Part shown: positions 11,248-23,258 of the stretch, one piece after another | Layout of the letters: each line of letters starts with the position of its first letter | How positions within the stretch are numbered: position 1 is the stretch's first letter | Assembly: GCA_010909165.1 (NCBI GenBank) | Contig: MU008159.1 | Coordinates: forward strand, 1-64,000 | DNA length: 64,000 nt | Origin: Anthoceros angustus | Taxonomy: Eukaryota; Plantae; Anthocerotophyta | Direction of reading: 5' to 3' | Program-made: the position numbers and the translations under genes | The notes under the pieces: model-generated | What the model was told of the DNA's origin: nothing | The model's database searches: none | The model's input: only the letters and a program-made list of their open reading frames with translations

Positions 11248-13860
11248 AGAAGATCTTTCTTTGCATATACCTTTTCGACAAGCGTTAAACACGTCTGTGA
11301 AGATTCCACATGGAAATGTGATCGTATGTTCAAGAAACATAAACATTAGAATTCATCTTGGAATGCAAGAGATATCTTTCAAACGATGTACCTTTTGAAT
11401 ATTTTCGTTGTCTCCGGTTCTTCCATGAGAGACAACAAGTCCGTTTTCAACTCCTTATTTTCAATTGCTGCCCTATCTCCGCATTCAATGCATACAATTA
11501 CATTACATAGAGTTAAAAAATAAGAGAAAGGGAGTTATCGGCTTACTTGCTTGGATCTCTCTGATCAATGAATGGGGTTGGACCCATCTTCATTCAAGAT
11601 ATTTTTAGACTATGCTCCCAAAGGTATACTTATTTAAAGTCTTCAAAAGTGGTGGATATTGAAAATTGCTCATCCACTTTCCAAACTCGGTGAACTCTTG
11701 TGACGGCCCGTAAGTTGGTCCATTCTCCATGAAGTCATCTATTTTTTGCCCGATCAAAACCAAAATCATTACTTTCTTAAACCAAAATCATATTAACAAA
11801 TTAAATACAAAATACATTTTGTGTAATTGATTGAGATGGCGCATTGTCAATGTTGTTGTCAATCTCATCGACTTTGTCCTTTATATTTTTTGCGCTTGTT
11901 TTTCCAAAGATTCAGAATGCCAAGTTATGCCAATTAAAAGAAGGTAAATGTGAAGAAGCAAAGAAGGTATGAATGTTAATTTGATTACCTCCGATCTCTG
12001 GATGGAACTTTGATATCCCTCCAACATTGTTTGCATTGAAAATCGGTGTCCATTAAACCTTTCCACAAGTGTGTACGCTTCCCAATTGTTGTTCAAGGTT
12101 CTTTTTATATCCCGCAGAGATAAATTTAGGGTTAAGATTTTGGATTTGAGCATACTTAGATCAAGTTTATGAAATAGAAAAGTGCTTACCTTCTTTATCT
12201 TATTCAATCAAGGTGCATCTCGCAAAGATGCTTAGGTCTTGTTTGTCCATCACAGAGAACATTGTGTGCTCGCAGAGGACCGAAACCCACGGGTTTTGTT
12301 AGACTCGACCAACGAGAATATAGGACTAACAGCAATCATTTTTCCCGAATACCTTTTTCGATCTTTCCGATCTCCGCAGTGGTGGTTCAAACTCTGCGTT
12401 AGCGTCATATCCCGGATCCCCATGGGTGGGAAGTAATTTGTCAATGGCGCTGGTGGCATGTGAGTTCGTCAGGGGTTGACACAATAGATAAAAGTAAAAG
12501 TAAAAGTAAAAGTAAAGTAACGTAAGAGTTAAAGTAAAAGTAAAAGAAGTAGCAGAGTAAAAGTAAAAGTAAAAGTAAGTAAAGTAAAGTAAAGTAAGTA
12601 AAAGTACAAAGTAAAAGCAAAGTAAGAAACGATAATACAAGTAGCAATCAAGTACCTTCTTGGATTTGAAAATCGTATTGCTGCTTGTCGATTCCATCCC
12701 GATTCAAATGAAAAGCCATCGAACTAGTGGACACCATCAACCGATCGCACACGCATTGCGCGCAAAGCGGTCGAGCAAGGTATTACTTACGTCCACGATA
12801 CGTCGCCGCTTCACGAAACCAATTGTCCGCAAGATCCCGAATTTTGTTAAAACTGTCATCACCAATCCAAGAACTGGAAGCAACGAATATGTTCTCAAAC
12901 TCGCACACAAGATTCATGTTTTACGAGGGATAGTTATGTTCAAAAGACTTCAAGAACGAGACTCTTTTGCTAGACGAACCCCTTACCTCTGCTTGGCCAA
13001 CCCAATCATTCATTAGTTTCCCGGCAGCCCAACCCTCCGAGACACGCCGTCAAATGACATAGAATTATTGTGACGGACGATTTACACTAGGATGGCGCCT
13101 TTTGCAGCTCGACCCGGAGATGAGGGTCGTGAGTTTATTAAGTGCATGACAAATGTAGCATTGAAAACACTAGCCCATCAAAACTCCATGCCGTTTACCA
13201 ATGATGCCCAACTAGATGTGGATGACCAAGAGATTTACAAACTTGGTCCTTTTAAGGTCGAGAGAAACTTTAAGTAATCGACATGCGCCAACACCGAAAA
13301 GAGGATCAAGCTTACGGTGACAACTATGGCAAAGAGCCTCTCGCTTACACCTCAAATACCAAGCAACCCGAAATTGAAAACTATCGGATGCATGGTCGAC
13401 ACGCGGGAGAGAGTGGAACTGGCAGGACAAGCCATGTGGGTAAGAAGGACAAGGCATGTAAACAACATGAGAGAAAAACAAGACCAAGAGAGCAACATAA
13501 CTAACCCACGTCACGAAAGCGTAGCGCAAAGACAAACAGTGCTGATCAGACGGTGGGAACAAAGGAAGAGCACCATAACCCACAAGAGAACTAACCCTTG
13601 GGTGCAAAGGCACAAACTCTGGATCGGAACCAAACAAGCGGAGGGAGATCCTGATGTAAACGAGGACAAGCTCAAACGGACGTGCTCAAGGCGAAAGCAC
13701 ACCAAAAGAGAGGAGGTACAACATGAAATCGAAGTTTGAATCAGCGAACTCGGAAGGATGCCAATCAACACAAAAGAGCAGTGATCCAGGTGGAGGAGCT
13801 TGAACCCACATCCCAAAAACTCGAGAAGTTGAGGAGCCAGAGGGACTTCACAAAGTGACA
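10867..13860 (-). pseudogene. Degenerate or noisy intron-containing gene of unknown identity, possibly TE-borne
   Basis: Minus-strand splice signals (aag|gtaagc about 12190, gag|gtaatc about 11990, gag|gtgagt about 11155, agg|gttagt about 13590) flank coding-like segments such as TLVERFNGHRFSMQTMLEGY and QKIDDFMENGPTYGPSQEFTEFGKW. No family recognised. Confidence 0.35.
12487..12625. repeat. Imperfect (AAAGT/AAAAGT)n microsatellite
   Basis: Run of taaaagtaaaagtaaaag..aaagtaaagt. Confidence 0.9.
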
Positions 13861-14092
13861 AACGGCGACATAGCGAGCGAGATGGGCGGGACGGGAGTGG
13901 CGCAGCGAGAGAAGGACATGGAGGAGTGCCATGCGAGAAAGGCGTGATGAAAGGCCAAACGAGATGGGCGTCGGTGGAGGAGAGGGCGTGTTGGGCGTAA
14001 GGGAGTTAAGTTGTTTAAATAGGCTGTTAAGGGTTCTGATGCTCGGGTATGTGGCACGGCATTCGAGCTTTTACGCCCGCTCGGAGATTATT

Positions 14093-14234
14093 TAGGTTTG
14101 AGGTGTCGGCTAGGTTTGGAATAGGGCGGCGAGAATCCTCGTAGGTTTGATTCGCGGAATGTTAGGTTTGGATTAATTAGGTTTGGTAGAGAGAGGCGGA
14201 GAGGAGAATGGTTAGGTTTCAATGGCCTATATAA
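14093..14234 (+). promoter_or_regulatory. Putative promoter: six TAGGTTT motifs followed by TATATAA
   Basis: TAGGTTT at 14093, 14111, 14142, 14163, 14178 and 14213; TATATAA at 14228-14234. Lies between two divergently oriented gene-like regions. Confidence 0.5.
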
Positions 14235-15836
14235 GCGGTTCTCCAAAGGTCTTCTTTTTCCAGCCTTTCTCCGCCTCTGCTCCCAACTGCCTCAGGGTTC
14301 TTTGCCTCAGCCAGCGCTTGGGTTTCGCGCGCCGCTTTGCTGCCAGGCACTTTCTGTTTGCTTTGCGCTTTCTGCGTTGTCGCCGGCTGCTCGTGGTTGT
14401 TTTTGCGGCGGAGGCTGTCGTTTTTTGTGTCAGTGTTAGCTTGCCAGGCCGGTTTGCCCTTTGTCTTGCGTTTGTCTGGCTTTTTTGTCAGTGTCGAAGT
14501 GCTGTTTGCCTTCTTTGTGGTTGTTTGTACATCTATGGTTGTTTTTCGCTTTGTTGTGTGGCATGGATGAGTCATGTTGTCCAATGAGCGATTGATTGTT
14601 TTACTTGTGTGTTCGCTTTCGTCACGCCGTGTTCTCGGATTTCGCTTGTTCATGGTTTCCTCTTTAGTATTTGTGCTTTGTGTCGTGTGCAGGCCGCTTG
14701 TTTTTTTGCCTTCTTTGTGGTTGTTTGTACATCTATGGTTGTTTGTACATCTATGGTTTGAGATGCGCCATCGCCGGTTTCGCTCGCCGCCGCTGTATTG
14801 TGTCCTATTTGTTGGTTGGCCGAGGACGGCGGGAAGTAATGGGATGAGGTTGCCGTATGAAGACAATGACCTCGGTTTTTTGGTAACTTATCCAAGTTTT
14901 GGCTTGTGCTCTTTGTGTTTTCTCTCATTGTTTGTGCACGCTTTGTTTGTTTGGTTCCATGTTGTTAATGTGTTTTGACGTTTCCTTTGTCGCTTTGTCT
15001 TGGTATGTATTTATTAGGCTACTTTCTGGATATCTCATAATGTTTATGGTCTTTGTGTGCACTTAAAGTTTGTTGTTTGTACGTCTAACTCTTGTTGTAC
15101 TTGAAAAAGGGTTTTCACTTTATTTTGATTTTAGGTCTGCTTTTGCGGTTCTTGAGTCGTTATAAGTTGACTTTTGCGCAGTGTCCGATAAGCTTTTTGC
15201 GCCTGTCGTTGAAGACCCCGCTTGTAGATTTGGTAATCAATGACTTGTGTATTGAAAAGTGAACTGGATTGGGCATGGTGTATTGTGTGCATGTCTTGGA
15301 GCTTAATCTCATAGACCGGTGTTTATGTGCGGTATTGAAGTGTGCAACGTCTCGGAGGGTTTGCCTCCCAACATCTTTGGATGTTTTCGATTCTAATCTA
15401 GAAATATGTGTTGTTGTGTGGCATGGATGAGTCATGTTGTCCAATGAGCGATTGATTGTTTTACTTGTGTGGTCGATGTATATGTTGTACATCTATGGTT
15501 GTTTGTACGTCTAACTCTTGTTGTACTTGAAAAAGGGTTTTCACTTTATTTTTCCCATATGTGGTGTATTTTTAGACAGTTCTATGTGTCATCCTTAATA
15601 GAAAGTGGAAGGAATAACAACTCTAACAATGTCTAGCCCCAAGTTGTGTTTTGGGGCACCCCATATCCTCTCTTGTCTAGACCGTCGATAATCAACTTTT
15701 AGACCTTCCAGGTTCTCATCCGGACGGTTCAAGGCGCATGTGAGTTCTTTCTTTTCGCTTGTTATCTCGTTATGTTGTTTGTACATCTCAACGTTGTTCG
15801 ATGACTCCGGTGTTGCGATGGCTCTAAAAGAAAACC

Positions 15837-18800
15837 ATGGGCTCTGGACCGGGCAAGAAGCAAGCACCTTTGTCTCAAGTCATGTCCAAGCCGTACACTC
15901 GACAACGTGTTAAAACAGCCATCGCTCACACTGCAACCCACCCTCTGCGGGATGATGGTAAAGTTGATGTCCTTGTGCATAGTGAGGGGACATATTTGGT
16001 GCCGAAAAGTCCATTCCCAAACCGCCAAGGCACTTTTCATCCAAGGAGGATGCCCGGCGTGCTGCTGAATTTGCTCGGAAGAGAAGAAGGGTTGACACCC
16101 GACCTGTGCCCTTGGTGGAGGGTCCCTTGTCAGAGATTACTAACTATTGTCCTGTTTCTGAGAGAGGGGTTAAGTTTGTTGGTGAGAATGTCCATCGACA
16201 CACGATTCCATGGTCCTTGCGAAAGCATGCCTACGATCTCGAAATGGCTGTGGCTGCTCCTGCAGCAAGATAAGTCTCAATTCCTTTCACCGGTGAGTTT
16301 TCCATTCGGTCGCTCGAACTCAAGTTATCCCCGACAGAGTGTATTGATATGTTTGAGAGAATGAGGTCTGATCCCGAGGATGATTTTGCTATGGGCATGG
16401 AAGAAATTGAAGATGAGGCCCATTTTAGGGACCAAGGGTTTGACCCTCGATTCCCGAGGGAGCCGTGAATGATGCAATGAGTGGTGGTGAGGACAAGTCC
16501 AAACGCCAAAATAATTGGTGCCAGTCGTCTTAAGTCTTTCATGAAAGTGAGTGGTGTGAGGGGTTGGGATAGTGCAATAGAGGACATTCCTCACAAGGAC
16601 TTGAACCTTATATTGATACCGTTTTCCACCAAGTTCGAACTTAAAAGACAACTCAAGATTCTCTCCAAACGTAAGTCTTCATCCCTTTCTGTTCCGTGTT
16701 TCTTTTCATTTTATGTGCTGATTTCAGATATTGGTGCGTTGATGTCCTTCTTCGAGGGTTCAATCGCATTTTGATAAGGAAGTGTGTTCGGAGCAAAGCC
16801 GTCTTGGGTCGCGCTGTGATCAATATGTTTCACGGCGTGTTCAATGGTTGTCGCCGCACTTGTTGCTTCCATGAAAATCGAAAGACCTTGGTATAGTATC
16901 GTGCGAAGGTGGTGAAACCGATATCGATGATGATGAGAGAATTCTTGCCCAGTGACCATCAATGTTCTTTTGGGCGAGGCTAAAAAGGTTTGTGTTCGAT
17001 TCCTAGCTTCTTGTGTGCATTTTGCAATATTGTTGTTGCTTCTAACGATTCGGTGTTTTACGAATAGGTGTGCATATTTTGCATGAATCGTTTGAGTACG
17101 TGGCGGGAGGAATTGCACAACCCGTTAATCGTGACTTCTCATTCTCTTGGATTCGGAGGCGTTTTGTAGACGTTTGTCCATGTTTTGATTGATGCTTTGT
17201 TGTGTGGTAATACTCTGTGTATGATACCTTGTTTGTGTTGTAATACCCTCCTTGTGTTGCCTCGCAGACACGAGGAACGACATTCAAGAATTACAAAGTT
17301 GATATGCGCAACTACGAGTGAGCACTTCCGCCAAAAGTGAAAAACTATGAGGTGGATGTTATTCAAACATTTAAAGTCATTATTGACCATTGTCCAAAGT
17401 GGACAAAATGACAAGAATATATCTATCCAAGGGTTTCTTTTCAATTCTCCCATCGATAATCCAAGATCGAATGTAAGTATCTTTTGATAAGGGTTCTAGG
17501 TTTGTGTTCCATTGGACGTGCTAACTTTAATTTTCTCGTGAGTAGGCTTGGTATGCAAAACTCCGGGTATCCAAAGGAATGCTCTCAAAATATATGAAGA
17601 CAATGGCGAAGGGTCTTGATGGGTATTACACGAACAAGAGCCGTGTAACGATGATTACGCGGCCGACCATGGCTCGTGCCCTGATCGAAGGCCACCGCCA
17701 CAAACCGATGCTGGATTTTCAAGGTAGGATCTATTTGTTGATGCCGTCAGAACTTGTTTATGCCTTCTATTGACATGATGTGTTCTCTCACGTGGACTTT
17801 GCGGTATGACCGTCGGGCAAGCAAAACAGCAGTGGTTCTAGTTCGTGAAAGAAGATCATACAATGAGTTGCTCAATGAAGAACTCGATCGGATGCGGGAT
17901 GACTTGCGGGTGTGCTTCCGTCATTGTTGTCAATGTGACTCGGATATAGTTTTTCCAACCTGAAGATGTAAGTATTTTCTACCATGAAGGGAGTGATTTT
18001 ACCGGAGAAGATTATGATTCTACTGTAAAGGATGCTGATGTTAAGAATTTGTTGTGCATAGGCTTGTGCTCAATGTTGCCTACAAGTTCAGAGCGTAAGC
18101 ATTCCATGAGTCGTTTTGGTTTCAAGGTTTGTTTCTTTTAATCTTTTGATTGGTATTTGATTCTTTTTGTTGCTTTTTGTTGCTGTGTTGCCATGTTACC
18201 ACCCCGCTATCCACCATGAAAGCGGGGCCCTTTGTCAAGACTGGACCGGTTAGTATCTTGTTGTATTTTCGTCCTCCTTGCGCACCCAATATTTCATGCA
18301 ATGTTTGTTGTTGTTTGCGTTCCAGATTGTGAAGCTTTGGAAGTCCAAGTGCGGAAGTAGTGTTAAAGATCTTGATTGACAGACCAACTCGGTGTATTCA
18401 ACATCGACATGTTGAAAAGGTTAAGTGTAAAGGTGGTTTAAGTTTTATCCTTCATTCTCTTATTGTGTTTGTCTCGATTCTATGTTCTTTTGGCGAGTAT
18501 TAGCCCCACCACTAAAGATCTTGCCCCCACTAGTTTGACGAGCATTTGGTCCTCATTCAACATTGATGGTGCCCCGAGTGTGGTGGAGGTGATGCCTCCT
18601 CGCTTGGAGGCTGTAAGCATTTTATGAGTCGTTTTGGTGTCGAAGGTTTGTTTCTTTTCTTCTTTTCTGATTGGTATTTGACTCTTTTTGTTGCTTTTTG
18701 TTGCTGTGTTGCCAATGTTACCACCCTTGCTATCCACCATGAAAGGGGCCCTTTTGTCAAGACTGGACCGGTTAGTATCTTGTTGTATTTTGGTTCTCCT

Positions 18801-20100
18801 TGCTGGTTTGCACCCAATATTTCATACAATGTTTGTTGTTGTTTGCGTTCCAGCATTGTGAAGCTTTGGAAGTCGCCCAAGTGCCGTAGTGTTAAAGATC
18901 TTGATTGACAGCAGACCAACTCTCGGGTGTATTCAACATCGACATGTTGAAAAGGTTAAGTGTAAAGGTGGTTTAAGTTTCATCCTTCATTCTCTTATTG
19001 TGTTTGTCCGATTCTATGTTTGTCGAGTATTAGCCCCACCACTAGTTTGACGAGCATTTGGTCCTCATTCAACATTGATGGTGCCCCGAGTGTGGTGGAG
19101 GTGATGCCTCCTCGCTTGGAGGCCTGTAAGCATTTTATGAGTCGTTTTGGTGTCGAAGGTTTGTTTCTTTTCTTCTTTGCATTGGTATTTGACTTTTTGT
19201 TGCTTTTTGTTGCTTTTTGTTGCAGTGTTGCCAATCGTTACCACCCTTGCTATCCACCATGAAAGCGGGGCCCTTTGTCAAGACTGGACCGGTTAGTATC
19301 TTGTTGTATTTTGGTTCTCCTTATGGTTTGCACCCAATATTTCATACAATGTTTGTTGTTGTTTGCGTTCCAGCATTGTGAAGCTTTGGAAGTCGCCCAA
19401 GTGCCGAAAGTAGTGTTAAAGATCTTGATTGACAGCAGACCAACTATCGGGTGTATTCAACATCGACATGTTGAAAAGGTTAAGTGTAAAGGTGGTTTAA
19501 GTTTCATCCTTCATTCTCTTATTGTGTTTGTCGATTCTATGTTTGCCGGGAGTATTAGCCCCACCACTAGTTTGACGAGCATTTCGGTTCCTCATTTCAA
19601 CATTGATGGTGCCCCGAGTGTGGTGGAGGTGATGCCTGGAGGCTGTGCCAAGTCATTGTGGTGAGACTTGAACCGGAAGTGCAACAGGAAGGATTGTGGA
19701 GACACCGCCTATAGCTTTGGATATGGTAGAGCGATGGGGTTGAGAAGGGTGGTTCAAGCAGTTTGAGCGTCTTGAGAGATTACCCGAGAAAGGAGAATGA
19801 CAGGAGAATCGAAAAGGGAATTTCAACGGCAAATGATTTAGAATCATTGATTGAGCAGAGGCGCAAGTTGTACAACGAGTTTCCAAGCAAAGAGAGAAAG
19901 CTTTGGAGATCCAAAGGAGAAAAATGTCGAAAGGAGGCAAGAGTATTTCAAACACAGGAAAAACTCAAGCAGAGGAAGGAGCAACAGAAATGCGAAGATT
20001 GCGTGGGAAAGGCAAAAGCAAACTATTGACAATGTTACACTCCAGCGCCTCCACTTCCATCCATGGAAAACCATATAAAGTCGTAAGTTGATTTAATTGT
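15837..20100 (+). pseudogene. Multi-exon unknown gene broken by 1-nt frameshifts, possibly TE-borne
   Basis: A large exon at about 15837-16670 reconstructs as MGSGPGKKQAPL..SKEDARRAAEFARKRRRVDTRP..ELKLSPTECIDMFERM..KRQLKILSK|gtaagt, followed by repeated short GT-AG introns with T-rich acceptors and a K/E/R-rich segment at 19760-20030. Confidence 0.45.
18095..19700. repeat. About three tandem copies of a 0.47-0.53 kb exon/intron block
   Basis: gatggtgccccgagtgtggtggaggtgatgcct at about 18566, 19077 and 19606; ccctttgtcaagactggaccggttag at about 18228, 18750 and 19271. Confidence 0.92.
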
Positions 20101-20960
20101 TCCCTTGATTTTGATCGCTAATTTTACTTTAGTAGACTAAGACGGTAATGTTTGATTAGGTTCTCAACTTTCGTGAAGATGAAGAATTTCTCCAAAGCCC
20201 CAGTTCATCAACCGCAAACTATGATAATGTTGGACAAGTTGCCCGGTTAAACCAAGTGGTCTTGGAAACTATGTCTTCAATCTCTACAATTGTACAATTT
20301 TCCAAAATAAGGTGGGAATCTTTTCTAATGAACTTTTTCTTTGCCTATTCAATCATCTAATTGGTTACAAGCCTAATTTTACTTTGTATATGTAGATTTG
20401 TAATTTAATAAGGAGGATCAACTATTCTGGTATTTTCTCTATTTTCTGTTATTTTGAATTCATGCAATTACGGATATACGAAACTTTGCAAAGATGATAT
20501 TTCTTTGTTGGTTTTTGTATATCCCGGATCCGCATGAATGGTACTAATGTAAGATGTTTCTTGATTAGCGATTGTGTTGGAATTACTAGGCCTCCTGTAG
20601 ATTACAATCTACCATGGTATTTCGTGCACTTGCTATTCACTTGGCTGATCATTCTTTACCCTGTTCTAGTTTTGATTTGGATGGTAAAATGTTTCCATTC
20701 ATCACCCACGCTTTTTACTCTATATTCACTTGGTTGATCCATTCTTTACCCTCCTGTTCTAGTTTTGACTTGGATGGTAAAATGTTTCCATCCATCAGTC
20801 TATGCTTTCTACTCTATTGTTACAATTTTCCACCTTATTCAGAAAAATTTTACCAATTGAAAAATTCTCTCGCTTTTACCCTTTTGGCCCTGAAAACTAA
20901 CTGGGCGTCGAGGCCCAGACGAGGCCGCGACTTTACGTTAGCCGTGCGTGCTGCTGGGCT

Positions 20961-21038
20961 GCCTCCGCCTCCGCCTCCGCCTCCGCCTCCGCCTCCGCCT
21001 CCGCCTCCGCCTCCGCCTCCGCCTCCGCCTCCGCCTCC
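20961..21038. repeat. (GCCTCC)13 microsatellite
   Basis: Perfect 78-nt run at the junction between AT-rich DNA and the family B element. Confidence 0.97.
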
Positions 21039-21039
21039 T

Positions 21040-22600
21040 TCACCGAGCCTCACTGCTTGGTGTTGGTCTGAAGCTGCTCGGCCGGTCGCGGCGTTCTCCG
21101 CCACGACCTTCCTCCTCGCCTCCTTCTGCGCTTCCTCCCTGGTTGTAGAGGTCTTGACCGTGCTTGGGCCTCCTAGACGCCTTCATTGCTCGCAGACTGA
21201 AGGATCTTGGACCGATCTTCTTGAACCTTACGTCCGCCCCACCTCTCGCTCCGCCTCCGGTGTTTTCCTCCTCGATTGGCGAGGGACTCCGCCTCCGGTG
21301 TTTTCCTCCTCCGCCTCTTGAAGTTCCACCATCCTCCGCCGGTGGCCCTCCACTTCTTGGGTCTTCTCACTTTGTTCAGAGACCCCAAAGCATACCGCCC
21401 ATGACGGTGGCTGAAACTCCGCTTCTTCCACGGCCTGGGAGATGCCGAAGTCTCTGTGCGGGCATCTCCAAGTCCGGTATGGGCGTGGGTTCTCGCTCGC
21501 CATGGACGGTATGCTTTGGGGTTTCAGGACAGAGAAAGAGGAGGTGGAGGCCACCAGAAGGCGGATGGTGGAGCTCCAAGGCCAGGCGGAGGCGACCCAA
21601 GTGGCCAAAAGGAAAGCGGAGTCCTCGCTAGGGTCGAGGAGGAGAAGTTGACGGCCGGAGGCCAGGTCGGCCAATGACCGGGGCTAGGGTGCTCCACCTA
21701 TGTGAACACCAAGCACATGGAGGCGCAAGGCAAAGGACCTTGCCGGGAGGAGAGAAGCGCCCAAGAGTTTCTTGACTTCGGCCTCTGGTTAATCCGAAGA
21801 TGATCCTTTCCCAGTCCACTCTCTTTCCCCTTTGCAAGGCGTGGAGGGACACAAGCAAATTGTCACCAAGGTGATCCACCTTGGTGAGCATGTTTCGGCA
21901 CGGCGACTTTTGCCACCGCTCTCACCAGGTCCAACAGTCCGACATCACCCATCCGCTTGAGGACAGGCCCCGCCTCGCGCCGCGCGCTGCCTCACCTTCC
22001 TTTTACCTTAAGGGGCTCGGAACTATGCCCCAATCTCTTCCAAGCCTATTGTAGATCGCCGCAGGACCTCCACGGTCCATCTCCTTGGGTCCTCCTCAAG
22101 CTCTTGGAGGCGGGACGGTTTTGTTGGTGCCACCAAAGCATCTTCCCAAGGATCCGTACTCGGAACGTTGTTACGCTGCGTTGTCCACACCGCTGCGTGG
22201 AAGATATCCAGGTGCTAGTCTTTCACCATCTCCTCGCCTCACTTGACCAAGGTCAACTGTAGCGCTTGGTGACGATATTCTTCTCCATTAAGCGCCATGG
22301 CTCCCATACCTCCACCGCCTTCTTGGGCCCCATACTCGCGCGCTAGCTAGTGTGCTGCCGTGAGGGGGAGGGCAACAATGCTCTCGCTACGTTCCATCAC
22401 GATGAGCGCTCAGTTCGGGGGAGATGGCCGCTCGTAGTTGCGCTTGAGCATCGGAAGAGGTAGCGCCAGAGAGCAGGATGCCTGAGCGCAAGTGACCGCG
22501 AAAACTATCGAGAAGTCGGTCAAGAGAATGGCCTTCTCTTAGCGTCAGATCGTGGAATCAAGCGCGGGAGGGCGCCCCTCACGCCTGTACGCCAGAGTCT
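21040..22600 (-). mobile_element. Family B retrotransposon extra-ORF segment, minus copy, degenerate
   Basis: Encodes MGPKKAVEVWEPWRL.. (start about 22333) and MLTKVDHLGDNLLVSLHALQRGKRVDWERIIFG, homologous to the plus copy at 23525-24080. Confidence 0.7.
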
Positions 22601-23258
22601 TGCATCGCGTACTCTAGCCTTACGCCGCCATCGTCCTGGCGTATGTACTTGGGTGGTTACCGCCCAACGCCGACCATCGTGTGGAGTGCCAAATGGCGTC
22701 ATTTCCGCGACTTGTTTTAGGCTTGTTTTGTCTTTTTCGAGTTGTTACTGTTAAGAGGGATAGAGAGGAGTTAGCCAATAAGGCCGTTTTGGCCAGATTG
22801 CACTTAGTGTGCAATCCCTAGACCCTAGGTCCGTGTGAGCCACGGATTTCCCCCTTAGGTAGGAAAAGGGTCAGGTTTTTTGTTTTTTTTCCGTAGGCGT
22901 GGGCAGGAAATAAGGCGGAATGGGAGAAATAAGTCCGGAGGAACTCCGGACTACACCAGGAGCAACCGGAGGACTTGGAGCATACTTGGAAGAGCTACAG
23001 GCGCCTCGGCAGAGGGTCCGGACGCCTTGGATGCAGGGTAAGTCCAGGAGCACACTGAGTAGGATGGGATAAGTCGCCAAGTAAAGTAACTTAGGAGTCG
23101 GAGCGTGGTTTAGATGGAACACGTGGATGCGAGAGGTGAGCAGGCATGCAGCAGCCAGACCCGTAGGGTTGCCCGTATATAGGTAGGTATTCACGCCGCC
23201 AGCGGCGTATAAGAGCGCGCGCAAATAAGGCGGCAATGGCAGCGGGGCCGAGTAAGCC

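Noticed and set aside
17579-17773. LSKYMKTMAKGLDGYYTNKSR as the CACTA Tnp2/DUF4218 motif
   Set aside because: Only superficial similarity; none of the other conserved TnpD motifs are present nearby.
20614-21321. Poly-Pro, poly-Gly and (LR)n proteins
   Set aside because: Translations of the (GCCTCC)13 microsatellite across a TE junction.
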